A DNA stretch of 64,000 nt from Myxococcales bacterium (GTDB lineage Bacteria > Myxococcota_A > Polyangia > Nannocystales > Nannocystaceae): the NCBI GenBank assembly GCA_020633335.1, contig JACKDU010000002.1, positions 250,730 through 314,729 of the forward strand, in the 5' to 3' direction. Shown here one piece after another: positions 55,590 to 64,000 of the stretch (position 1 is the stretch's first letter; every line of letters begins with the position of its first letter). The notes beneath the pieces are model-generated. The model saw only the letters and a program-made list of their open reading frames with translations, did not search any database and was not told where the DNA came from. Position numbers and translations under genes: made by a program.

Positions 55590-56240
55590 GTGGGCAAGTT
55601 CGTCAGCGGAGCCCTCCTCGCGTCGCTCGTCTGGGGGGCGGCGTGGTGGCTCCTCATCGCCCAGGCCGAGCCCGAGAGCGCGGCGCCCTGCGACGATCGC
55701 TGCGGCCCCGGGACCACCTGCGAGGACGACCTCTGCGTCGCGGTCGCCGCCCCGGAGGAGGCCGAGCCCGAGGCCAAGGGCAAGCGGCCGCGTCGCCGCA
55801 AGGGCGCCCGCAAGCGGGGCTCGGCGGCCGGCGGCGACGAGGGGGACGTCGAGGCGGGCGACGGCGCAAGCGCGCGCCCCCAGGTCGATGACCGGAACAT
55901 CCCGCAATTTTCGGCCGACGAGCCCCAGACGATCGATCTCAAGGCCGGCTCGGAGCGCCTCAGCGACGCCCAGGTGAACGCGGCGATGCGGACCCTGACG
56001 CCCCGCTTCCAGAGCTGCATCGCCGACGCGGCCAGCGGCGGCGGCGAGCTCCGCGGGACCGTCAAGATCAGCGCCCGCGTCGGCGGCGACGGCAAGGTCC
56101 TCTCGGTGTCGGCGAGCGCCCCGGCGGCGATCCGCGAGAGCGGCGCGATCCCCTGCATCCGCAAGGCGGTCTACGACCACCGCTTCCCGAGCCGCGACGG
56201 CCCGGCGATGGCGGTCGATCTCCGCTTCGACGTCGACTAG
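55590..56240 (+). CDS. membrane-anchored hypothetical protein with Cys-containing C-terminal domain (possibly AgmX/PglI C-terminal type)
   Basis: GTG start. TM LLASLVWGAAWWLLI. Cys-rich segment CDDRCGPGTTCEDDLC. Basic patch. Conserved-looking C-terminal ~90 aa with two Cys. Confidence 0.4.
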   Translation: MGKFVSGALLASLVWGAAWWLLIAQAEPESAAPCDDRCGPGTTCEDDLCVAVAAPEEAEPEAKGKRPRRRKGARKRGSAAGGDEGDVEAGDGASARPQVDDRNIPQFSADEPQTIDLKAGSERLSDAQVNAAMRTLTPRFQSCIADAASGGGELRGTVKISARVGGDGKVLSVSASAPAAIRESGAIPCIRKAVYDHRFPSRDGPAMAVDLRFDVD

Positions 56241-56318
56241 CGGCGGAGGCCGCCCCGATCACGAAGATGCCCGAGGGGACATGTCTCCTCGGGCACTCTC
56301 GACGGGCGCCGCGCGCCG

Positions 56319-57344
56319 CTACTCGAAGGGGTCGCTCTTCGCCTTGCTCGCCTTCTTGCTCGGCGCCGACATCTTCGAGCGCTCCGACGAGATCAGCGAG
56401 TCGATCGCCGGGTTGATCGACCGGGCCTTGCGGAAGTAGCTGGAGGCCGCCTCGTCGTCGCCGCGAGCCTCGGCGCAGAGGCCGAGGCCGACCAGCGCCT
56501 TCGCCTCCTCGGCGCCCGCGGAGCCGACGATCTTCTGGTAGGCCGCGCTCGCCTCGCCGCAGCGGCCGCGGCGGCGATCGTTGTCCGCCTGCGCGAGGAG
56601 ATCGCGGAGCGCCGACTTGTCGCCGCTGTCGATCTTCTCGGCCTCGGGCGCCGCGTCGAAGCCGTCGCCGGGGAGCGGCACCGGCATGCTCTTCTTGCTG
56701 CTCGACTTCTTCCGCTTCGGCTCGGGGATCGCGCTCGGCTTCTCGTACTTCGGGGCGTAGCCCTGCGCGTCGGCGCGGGCCTCGTCGGCGACCGCGGCCG
56801 GCTCCCCCTCGGCGTCATCCTCGTCGGCGGCCGCCCCCGGCGGCGCCGCGGGGACCACGGGATCCTGTCCTTCGGGCAAGGTCGCCGCGGCGGCGTCGGA
56901 CGGCGCCTCCTCGGCCTTCGCGTCCTCGGCGGCGTCCTTCGCCTCCGCGGGCGCCGCCGAAGCTGGCTCTTCGGACATCTCCTTGAGATCGTCGCTCGGC
57001 CGGAGGATCACCACCAGGAGCGCGGCGGTGGCCGCGAGGGCGAACCCGGGGAGGACGAAGGAGCGACGGAGGCGCTCCCAGAGCCCCGGCCCGCGCTCCG
57101 GCTCGTCGACGATCGCCGGCGAGCGCTCGGCCTCGGCGAGCACCGCGTCGAGGATCCCGTCGGGCACCTCGACGATCGGCATGCCCTCGCGGGTCAGCTC
57201 GAGGATCTCGCGGAACGACGCGAGGCGCAGCGCGACCTCCGGCGAGGCGTTCGCGGGCAGCGGCGCGTCGAGATCGGCGAGCGCGTCCTCGAGGAGGTCG
57301 AGGTCATTGGGGCCAAGCTCGCCCTCGGGCGCCGGATCAGCCAC
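56319..57344 (-). CDS. hypothetical single-pass membrane protein with acidic Ala/Pro-rich region and TPR-like C-terminus
   Basis: TM FVLPGFALAATAALLVVIL. Low-complexity acidic segment. C-terminal AAYQKIVGS…LGLCAEARGD…YFRKARSINP. Confidence 0.4.
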   Translation of the reverse strand: MADPAPEGELGPNDLDLLEDALADLDAPLPANASPEVALRLASFREILELTREGMPIVEVPDGILDAVLAEAERSPAIVDEPERGPGLWERLRRSFVLPGFALAATAALLVVILRPSDDLKEMSEEPASAAPAEAKDAAEDAKAEEAPSDAAAATLPEGQDPVVPAAPPGAAADEDDAEGEPAAVADEARADAQGYAPKYEKPSAIPEPKRKKSSSKKSMPVPLPGDGFDAAPEAEKIDSGDKSALRDLLAQADNDRRRGRCGEASAAYQKIVGSAGAEEAKALVGLGLCAEARGDDEAASSYFRKARSINPAIDSLISSERSKMSAPSKKASKAKSDPFE

Positions 57345-57528
57345 GCCTCACCTCGTTCTCCGCCAGGCCTCGAGTACGCACGCGATCACCGCTCGTCGCT
57401 CCAGAGTGCACCCTTCCGCGCCGCGGCGGCAAGCCCGGCCGCCTGCCGGCCGCTGGAGTGGGGGTGACCATCGAAGCCCTGCCAACGCCCGAGCCCCGGC
57501 TCCGGTCTTGGCGGTCGCACGTGGTCAA

Positions 57529-58527
57529 TCACACATTCCCCGACCTGCTCTGCCCCGGGGTCGGCGGCGCCCAGATCCACCCGTCCTCGAGCCAGGCCAT
57601 CCCGAGTTCGTCGATCGCCGCCGAAACCGGGTCCGCGGGGCCCTCCTCGACGAGATCGGCGGGCCCCTTCCAGCCCTCGTCGGCCCAGCGCGCGGCCGTA
57701 AATGCGCTGATCACCGCGTCAAAGATATGGGGGCTGCGGACCACGATCTCCGGCCAAACGTAGTCAAAGCGGAGCCAGCGGTCGAGGCGGTCGAGGGCCT
57801 CCTTGCGCCGGCTCCAGAGCCGCGCGGTCTCGCCCTGACGCAGGCTCCGCTCGAACTCGGCCCCGCAGAGGCGCACCAGGGTCGCTGGCGGATGGACCTC
57901 GAGGAGGTTCTCGTGGAGGCGGAGCGCCGGCGAGAGGGCCCGCCGGAGATAGACCGCGCGGGCGGCCAGCGGCCCCATCCCCTGCCCCAGCGACTCCCGC
58001 GGCTGGAGCCCAGCCTGGGTGTGGAGGACGTCGACCGCCCGCTGGGTGTAGGGCGTCACCGACGGCTTGCGACGGTCGCCGCGTCCCGAGCGGGCGAGGA
58101 GGATCGGCGCGTGGTGCCGCATCCAGGCGACCACTGGCACCTCGCAGGCCTCGATCCCCGGGCACGGGAGCTGACAGCGAATACACGGCGGCAGGGTCAG
58201 CGGCGCGTTGATCGCGACGACGGTCTCGTCGTCGAGCCAGCGGCGGACGTAGGCGACGAGCACGTCGTCGCGGAAGAGCGCGTCGCGCCCCTCCTCGGCC
58301 GCCCCCTCCTCGCCGCCGCCGCGGTGGCCGACGCGGAGGCGGGCCTCGACGACCCGCACGCGCTCGCTGGAGCCGGGCTCGCGCTCGAGGCGAGCGACCG
58401 CGGTCGTCTTGCCGCGGCCGCCGCCCAGGTTGATCCCGAGGAAGCGACGGAACGCCCGCGCTCGCGGGGGCGCGTCGTCGGCCGCGTCACGACCCGCGTC
58501 GGGCCCCTCTTCAGGCGCGCTCGCCAA
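57529..58527 (-). CDS. DUF429-like protein (predicted RNase H-fold nuclease)
   Basis: FLGINLGGGRGKTTAV N-terminus, PLTLPPCIRCQLPCPG Cys motif, and C-terminal HIFDAVISAFTAARW resemble DUF429 signatures. Confidence 0.4.
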   Translation of the reverse strand: MASAPEEGPDAGRDAADDAPPRARAFRRFLGINLGGGRGKTTAVARLEREPGSSERVRVVEARLRVGHRGGGEEGAAEEGRDALFRDDVLVAYVRRWLDDETVVAINAPLTLPPCIRCQLPCPGIEACEVPVVAWMRHHAPILLARSGRGDRRKPSVTPYTQRAVDVLHTQAGLQPRESLGQGMGPLAARAVYLRRALSPALRLHENLLEVHPPATLVRLCGAEFERSLRQGETARLWSRRKEALDRLDRWLRFDYVWPEIVVRSPHIFDAVISAFTAARWADEGWKGPADLVEEGPADPVSAAIDELGMAWLEDGWIWAPPTPGQSRSGNV

Positions 58528-58536
58528 GCAGCGGGC

Positions 58537-59172
58537 TCACTCGGAGACGGAGGGCATCCGCTCGTTGAGGAAGAGCAGGTAGGCGACCGCCGCCGGCAGC
58601 TCGAGCGCTGGCATGCGATCGATGATCTCACGGGCCTGCCGCCTCAGCGCCTCGGTCGGTCCCTCGCCGCGATCGCCGAGCGGCTTCTGGAGCGGGACGT
58701 CGGGCTCCGCCGGCGGCTCCGGATCACCCCAGGGCGGCGCCTCCCCGAGGACGATGTCGCGGGGCTCGAGCCAACCATCGATGTAGATGTGGAGGAGGTT
58801 CGCCCGGTAGGAGAACCACCGATCGCGCTCGACGGGGTACGAGAGGAGGACGTCCTTGAAGCGCCGGAAGGCGCCCTTGCCGTCGATCGCCAGGATCAGG
58901 CGCTCCTTGAGCGTCGGGTCCTCGACCGACGCGACGAAGCGCTCCATCCAGCGGTACTGCTCGCGCGACGACGCGGGATCGAGGTGGACGAAGCGCGACC
59001 CGCCGCGGCGGACCATCTGTCGCTTCTCCTCGTCCTCGGGCCGCGAGTCGACGACCGTGATCACCTGGCCGGTCTGCAGATCGAGGTAGGAGTGGGTGTC
59101 GGGTGCGTTGTGCTCAAACGCGGTCTCGAGGGCCGCCCAATCGGGGACGGGTGCGCCGCTGACAATTCGCAT
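58537..59172 (-). CDS. hypothetical protein
   Basis: 211-aa ORF with coding-like composition. No motif recognised. Confidence 0.4.
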   Translation of the reverse strand: MRIVSGAPVPDWAALETAFEHNAPDTHSYLDLQTGQVITVVDSRPEDEEKRQMVRRGGSRFVHLDPASSREQYRWMERFVASVEDPTLKERLILAIDGKGAFRRFKDVLLSYPVERDRWFSYRANLLHIYIDGWLEPRDIVLGEAPPWGDPEPPAEPDVPLQKPLGDRGEGPTEALRRQAREIIDRMPALELPAAVAYLLFLNERMPSVSE

Positions 59173-59386
59173 GGCTAGTGCTCGTTTCCACAGGTCAAGG
59201 GCGCGGACGACCGCTGGTCAGGGGGTCGGCGCCGCGCCAGGTGCTGAGATCGGACGGGGGCCCTGGGGGGAGCCGCCGTCAGGGGCCCAGGATAAGCCGC
59301 CGATCCGGGGCCCGCAACAAGCGACCCTCGATTGCACCCGCCGGTGACCGAGCGCCGCCCGAGCTTCCCCCTGCGGCAGGTCAGGT

Positions 59387-60709
59387 TCAGGTGGCGGGCT
59401 CGTCGGGGCCGAGCATCGCGGCGAGCTCGGTGAGCTTGCGGCGGAGCTCGTGACGGCCGATCCCGCCGCGCTCGAGGCGACGGACCAGGAGGTCGACCAG
59501 CGCCCGGGCCTTGCCGAGCTCGACCTCGACGCCCGGCCCAGGGGTGCCCGGCCCGGGGCCGCTCGCCGCCGCGCCGGCCTGCGCCGGCGCCTCCTCGGCC
59601 CCTCCCGCGGCCTCCAGGCGCGCCCGGAGAGCGGCGTTCTCGGCCTCGATGGCGCCGATCGGCCGCTCCGCGAGGCGTCGGACCTCCTCGCGGGCCCGCT
59701 CGATCTCCCAGCGGAGGCCCTGGATCGTCGCCTGGGCGGCGCCGCCGACCTCACCGCCAGCGGCGCTCCGGGTCCCCTCCCCCGGCGCCCAGGCGGCCTC
59801 GGCGAGCCTCGATTCGAGCTCCGTGCAGCGATCCTCGAGGCCGCCGACCCGCCCCTGGGCGGCGTCCAGCTGCTCGACCAGCGACTCCCGGGCCATCGCC
59901 GCGAGCTCGAGCTGACGGCGGGCCTGGGCGAGCTGGATCCGCAGGGTGTCGGTCGCCTCACGGGCGGCCGGCGCCGGGCCCTCGGGCGGGACCTCGAGGA
60001 GCGTGAGCCCGCCAGGGAGCGCCTGGCCGACGACCGCGACGTAGTGCGAGAAGACCGGGTCGCTCCCCAGGCTGTTGTCGAAGGCGATGCCGACCTCTGC
60101 GTCGCCGGCCCCGCCCGATTGATCGCGGACGATCTCCCCGAAGTCGATCGCCGCGATCACCGGCAGCGGCGCGAGGCCGACGAGGTGGGCCCGCTCGAAG
60201 CAGGCCTCCACCAGCCCCTGGAACTCGGCGACCTTGACGTCGCTCGCGGCGACCGAGAGGGCGATCACCTTGCCGCGGGCGGCCCCGTCGGCGAGCGCGT
60301 CGAGGAGGGCGATCGCCCGGCGGTCGAGGCGGCGGGCGAGCCCCGGGAGATCGCGGCGGAGCATCCGCGAGGGGGCGGCGTGCTCGCCGAGGAAGCGGCT
60401 CAGATCGACGATCGCTACCTCCCAGGGCGCCCCCTCGACCACCCGGATCGCCCCCTCGTCGTCGACGACCTCGACCCCGGGGAGGCGGCGGCCGGCGGCC
60501 TGCGCCCGCGCGTCGGCGGCGACCACCCACACCCGACCGCCGCCGCGGCCGAGGAGATCGGCGATGAGCTCCTGCGCCGGTCCGCGGCCGCCGGGGCGGC
60601 GTCCGCCGAGGACGGCGTCGATCCCGGGATCGACGAGGATCCGGTCGCGCCCCTCCCAGAGCTCCCGCAGGAGCTGGTGGCGGGCGGCCCAGCGCGGCTC
60701 GACGGACAT
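59387..60709 (-). CDS. hypothetical protein with C-terminal coiled coil
   Basis: 440 aa. N-terminal alpha/beta region. C-terminal Ala/Glu/Arg heptad-like region. Confidence 0.4.
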   Translation of the reverse strand: MSVEPRWAARHQLLRELWEGRDRILVDPGIDAVLGGRRPGGRGPAQELIADLLGRGGGRVWVVAADARAQAAGRRLPGVEVVDDEGAIRVVEGAPWEVAIVDLSRFLGEHAAPSRMLRRDLPGLARRLDRRAIALLDALADGAARGKVIALSVAASDVKVAEFQGLVEACFERAHLVGLAPLPVIAAIDFGEIVRDQSGGAGDAEVGIAFDNSLGSDPVFSHYVAVVGQALPGGLTLLEVPPEGPAPAAREATDTLRIQLAQARRQLELAAMARESLVEQLDAAQGRVGGLEDRCTELESRLAEAAWAPGEGTRSAAGGEVGGAAQATIQGLRWEIERAREEVRRLAERPIGAIEAENAALRARLEAAGGAEEAPAQAGAAASGPGPGTPGPGVEVELGKARALVDLLVRRLERGGIGRHELRRKLTELAAMLGPDEPAT

Positions 60710-60870
60710 GCGGGGCCAGTCTTAGCCCGGGGTCGGCGGCCTCTGCAACGGGCCTCGTCCCCCGCAGGGTCCGCGGACGCCCGCCGCGGCGATTGCTGGC
60801 GCCGGGCGCCGGTGCTACGGTCCCGCGCCGCCGATGGCCTCCCACCGTCGCCCGGGCCCCGAGACGCACC

Positions 60871-61950
60871 ATGGAATCCTCCCTCCGAGCCAAGCTCGAG
60901 AGCATCGCCGAGCATCATGAGGAGCTCGGGGAGATGCTCTGCGATCAGGAGATCGCCACCGACAAGACCCGCTTCCTCCAGCTCTCGCGCGAGCACGCCG
61001 AGATTTCCCCGGTCGCCGAGGCCTACCGCCGCCTCATCGACCTCGAGGCCGAGCTCGCCGACGCCGAGGCCCTCCTCGCCGATCCCGACATGCGCGAGCT
61101 CGCCGAGGCCGACGTCGGCCGCCTCCGCGAGGAGCTCGCCGACCACGAGAAGAGCCTCCAGCGCCTCCTCCTCCCCAAGGATCCGAACGACAACAAGAAC
61201 GTCATCCTCGAGATCCGGGCGGGCGCCGGCGGCGAGGAGGCGGCCCTCTTCGCCGCCGATCTCTGGCGGATGTACAGCCGCTTCGCCGAGCGCAAGGGCT
61301 GGACGATCGAGATGATGAACGTCAGCGAGGCGAGCGCGGGCGGCTTCAAGGAGATCTCGGGGCAGATCACCGGCAAGGACGTCTACGCCCTCCTCAAGTT
61401 CGAGAGCGGCGTCCACCGGGTCCAGCGGGTGCCGGCGACCGAGTCGCAGGGCCGGATCCACACCTCGACCGCGACCGTCGCGGTGATGCCCGAGGCCGAG
61501 GACATCGACGTCGAGGTAAACCCGAAGGACCTCGAGATCCAGACGATGCGAGCGAGCGGCGCCGGCGGTCAGCACGTCAACACCACCGACTCGGCGGTCC
61601 GGATCACCCACATCCCCAGCGGGATCGCGGTCCACTGCCGACAGGAGAAGTCGCAGCAGAAGAACCGCGAGATCGCCATGCGCCTCCTCCGCTCGCGCCT
61701 CCTCGACATCGAGATCCAGAAGTACCAGAGCGCCCGCGCGGCCCAGCGCCGGGGGCAGATCGGCTCGGGCGACCGCTCGGAGAAGATCCGGACCTACAAC
61801 TTCCCGCAGGACCGGATCTCCGACCACCGGATCAACCTCACCCGCCACGCGATCAGCGACTTCATGGACGGCGGGATCGAGGACGTGATCGAGTCGCTGC
61901 GGGCGAGCGACGAGGCCGATCGCCTCGCCGAGCAGTCCGAGGCGAACTAG
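60871..61950 (+). CDS. prfA: peptide chain release factor 1
   Basis: GGQ motif ([23 protein letters not shown]). PxT-type codon-recognition region. 359 aa. Confidence 0.9.
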   Translation: MESSLRAKLESIAEHHEELGEMLCDQEIATDKTRFLQLSREHAEISPVAEAYRRLIDLEAELADAEALLADPDMRELAEADVGRLREELADHEKSLQRLLLPKDPNDNKNVILEIRAGAGGEEAALFAADLWRMYSRFAERKGWTIEMMNVSEASAGGFKEISGQITGKDVYALLKFESGVHRVQRVPATESQGRIHTSTATVAVMPEAEDIDVEVNPKDLEIQTMRASGAGGQHVNTTDSAVRITHIPSGIAVHCRQEKSQQKNREIAMRLLRSRLLDIEIQKYQSARAAQRRGQIGSGDRSEKIRTYNFPQDRISDHRINLTRHAISDFMDGGIEDVIESLRASDEADRLAEQSEAN

Positions 61951-61952
61951 CG

Positions 61953-62309
61953 GTGCCCGGCGCCGGGGCCAAGCGCTCGGTCGAGGTCGAGGTCGCGGGC
62001 CAGCGCCTGGTGATCCGCAGCGACCAGGGGGCGGCCTACGTCCGCGAGCTCGCGTCGCTGGTCGACGCCCACCTCCACGAGCTCGTCGGCGGACGCCGCG
62101 GTGAGGGGCTCCAGCGGGCGCTCGTCCTGGTGGCGATGCAGCTCGCCGACGAGCTCCTCCGCGAGCGCGACCTCCACCGTCGCCTCCGCGACCAGGTGCG
62201 GGAGCGCCTCGCGGCGATCGAGGAGGCCTTCGCCGAGCACCAGCGCCACCTCGCGGCCCTGGCCGCCGCGCCGGCCGAGCACCCGGGGCGCGGCGCCGAC
62301 GATCCCTGA
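61953..62309 (+). CDS. zapA: cell division protein ZapA-like
   Basis: SVEVEVAGQRLVIRSDQGAAYVRELASLVDAHLHEL…RALVLVAMQLADEL pattern, ~118 aa. GTG start 3 bp after the prfA stop. Confidence 0.55.
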   Translation: MPGAGAKRSVEVEVAGQRLVIRSDQGAAYVRELASLVDAHLHELVGGRRGEGLQRALVLVAMQLADELLRERDLHRRLRDQVRERLAAIEEAFAEHQRHLAALAAAPAEHPGRGADDP

Positions 62310-62403
62310 GCGAGCCCGTGGCCTCCCCCTGCGGACGCGGGGCCGCGCGGGCCCGCCCCGAGGGCGCTCGACCGGGCCCGCCGATCGCCCTATCCTGCCG
62401 CCC

Positions 62404-63723
62404 ATGCCCAGCCAGCCGCCCGTCTACCAGGCCCGCTCGCCCGCGCTAAAGGCCCTCCTTGAGCGCGGCTACTTCGAGCAGGCGTCGGACATCGAGGCGA
62501 TCGACGCCGCCTTCGAGCGCGGGCCGGTGACCTTCTACATCGGCTTCGATCCGACGGCGCCCTCGCTCCACGTCGGCTCGCTCCTCCAGCTGATGGCGAT
62601 GCGCGTGCTCCAGCGCCACGGCCACCGGCCGATCGCCCTCCTCGGCGGCGGCACGGCGATGGTCGGCGATCCCTCGGGCAAGAGCGAGATGCGGCGGATC
62701 CTGCCGGCCGAGGAGATCGCGGCCAACCGCGCCGAGATCATCCGCCAGTTCAAGGTCTTCCTCCACGCCGACGAGGGCTCGGAGAACGCCGCGATCTTCC
62801 TCGACAACGCCGAGTGGCTCGCCGGCCTCCGCTACATCGAGTTCCTCCGCGACATCGGCCGCCACTTCACGGTCAACCGGATGGTCGCGGTCAAGACCTA
62901 CCGCGATCGCCTCGACCAGGAGATCCCGCTCTCCTTCCTCGAGTTCAACTACCAGCTCCTCCAGGCCTACGACTTCCTCCACCTCTTCCAGACCCACGGC
63001 TGCACCCTGCAGATGGGCGGCAGCGATCAGTGGGGGAACATCGTCGCCGGCGTCGAGCTGATCCGCCGGGTCACCTGCGAGGGCGACGCGCCGGGGATCG
63101 CCCACGGCCTCACCCTCCCGCTGCTGACGACCGCCGACGGCAAGAAGATGGGGAAGACCGAGCGCGGCGCGGTCTGGCTCTCGGCCGAGCGCCTCTCGCC
63201 CTTCGACTACTACCAGTACTGGGTGAGCGTCGACGACCGCGACGTCGGCCGCCTCCTCCGCCTCTACACCGAGCTCCCGCTCGAGGAGATCGACGCGCTG
63301 ATCAAGGTCGAGGGCGCGGCGATCAACAGCGCCAAGGCCCGCCTCGCCTACGAGGCGACCCGCCTCCTCCACGGCGACGAGGCGGCCGAGACCGCCCGCG
63401 TCGCCGCCGCCCAGGCCTTCGGCGGCGGCGAGGACTGGAGCGCGGTCAACCTCGTCCAGCTCGCCGCCGCGCCGCTCAAGCTCGTCGACCTCGTCACCCA
63501 CGACCGGGTCGCCGCCTTCAAGTCGAAGCGCGAGGCCCGGCAGCGGATCGAGGGAGGCGCGGTCAAGATCAACGGCGACGCGATCACCGACCCGAACCAC
63601 GTCCTCGAGGCCTCGGTCGACGAGCCGCTCCGCCTCCAGGCCGGCAAGAAGACCCGCCTCCGGGTCGAGCTGAGCGCCGCCGAGGAGCCCCCCCCCTCGT
63701 CCGACGCCGAGCCCGCGAGCTAG
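62404..63723 (+). CDS. tyrS: tyrosine--tRNA ligase
   Basis: HIGH-type motif (PSLHVGSLL), KMSKS-type KMGKT. C-terminal S4-like domain. 439 aa. Confidence 0.9.
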   Translation: MPSQPPVYQARSPALKALLERGYFEQASDIEAIDAAFERGPVTFYIGFDPTAPSLHVGSLLQLMAMRVLQRHGHRPIALLGGGTAMVGDPSGKSEMRRILPAEEIAANRAEIIRQFKVFLHADEGSENAAIFLDNAEWLAGLRYIEFLRDIGRHFTVNRMVAVKTYRDRLDQEIPLSFLEFNYQLLQAYDFLHLFQTHGCTLQMGGSDQWGNIVAGVELIRRVTCEGDAPGIAHGLTLPLLTTADGKKMGKTERGAVWLSAERLSPFDYYQYWVSVDDRDVGRLLRLYTELPLEEIDALIKVEGAAINSAKARLAYEATRLLHGDEAAETARVAAAQAFGGGEDWSAVNLVQLAAAPLKLVDLVTHDRVAAFKSKREARQRIEGGAVKINGDAITDPNHVLEASVDEPLRLQAGKKTRLRVELSAAEEPPPSSDAEPAS

Positions 63724-63792
63724 CGCCAACGCGACCTCGCACGACGCGACGGCCAGGCACCGAAGTACCTGGCCGTCCAGACAGCTCCCGCG

Positions 63793-64000
63793 GAACCGCG
63801 CCTACTCGAAGATCGCCGGCTCAAACGCGACCGTGAGGACCGGCTCCGCCCGCAGGAGCATCACCTTCCCCAGCGTGTCCTCGACCGCCGCCGCGACCTT
63901 CTCGCCGGCGTGGGCCTCGATCTCGGCGAGCGCGGCGCGCATGCCGATCGGCAGCGAGACCGGCCCGAGGCTGGCGACGATGTCCTTGAGGGTCGGCTCC
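63793..64000 (-). CDS. 3' end of an unidentified gene (5' end outside window)
   Basis: Open minus-strand frame …EPTLKDIVASLGPVSLPIGMRAALAEIEAHAGEKVAAAVEDTLGKVMLLRAEPVLTVAFEPAIFE ending with TAG at 63793-63795. Confidence 0.3.

Noticed and set aside
1-64000. CRISPR arrays, rRNA/tRNA genes, integrons
   Set aside because: No regularly spaced direct repeats with unique spacers and no rRNA-like or cloverleaf-like segments were seen in intergenic regions. The only repeats are short tandem or inverted repeats, listed above.

Overview
High-GC (~70%) bacterial chromosomal window, most consistent with a myxobacterium (Myxococcota). The supporting evidence is a MYXO-CTERM-type sorting tail, a DUF4388-like domain, eukaryote-like Ser/Thr kinase, EGF/LDLa modules, many TPR lipoproteins and a 2,3-oxidosqualene (sterol) cyclase. 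Many of the long six-frame ORFs are GC-driven antisense or extension artefacts. Each real gene was placed by recognisable family motifs and by start codons that give sensible lengths; several neighbours overlap as ATGA/GTGA.

Housekeeping content: pepA, ung, an argC-argB-M20 deacetylase operon, bioA, rseP, tsaB, prfA-zapA-tyrS, and a Tat-secreted TldD/PmbA pair.

Accessory content:
- A 2,3-oxidosqualene cyclase with the DCTAE motif (sterol, not hopanoid, cyclase).
- An intact IS5-family insertion sequence with CTAG target duplications, nested against a 155-bp MITE-like element that sits on the ung stop codon.
- A sigma54 enhancer-binding protein, TPR sensor kinase, receiver and thioesterase operon.
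- An orphan MutH/Sau3AI-like nuclease.
- A run of three uncharacterised genes, including a DUF429-like nuclease.

The most unusual non-coding signal is a ~300-bp pyrimidine-rich, lower-GC block at 22740-23040. It lies between a near-consensus sigma54 promoter and a textbook intrinsic terminator on the + strand, which suggests a sigma54-driven non-coding RNA. A second good sigma54 promoter precedes a DUF4388/TPR gene that carries a ~330-aa poly-acidic repeat region. No rRNA, tRNA or CRISPR arrays were seen.
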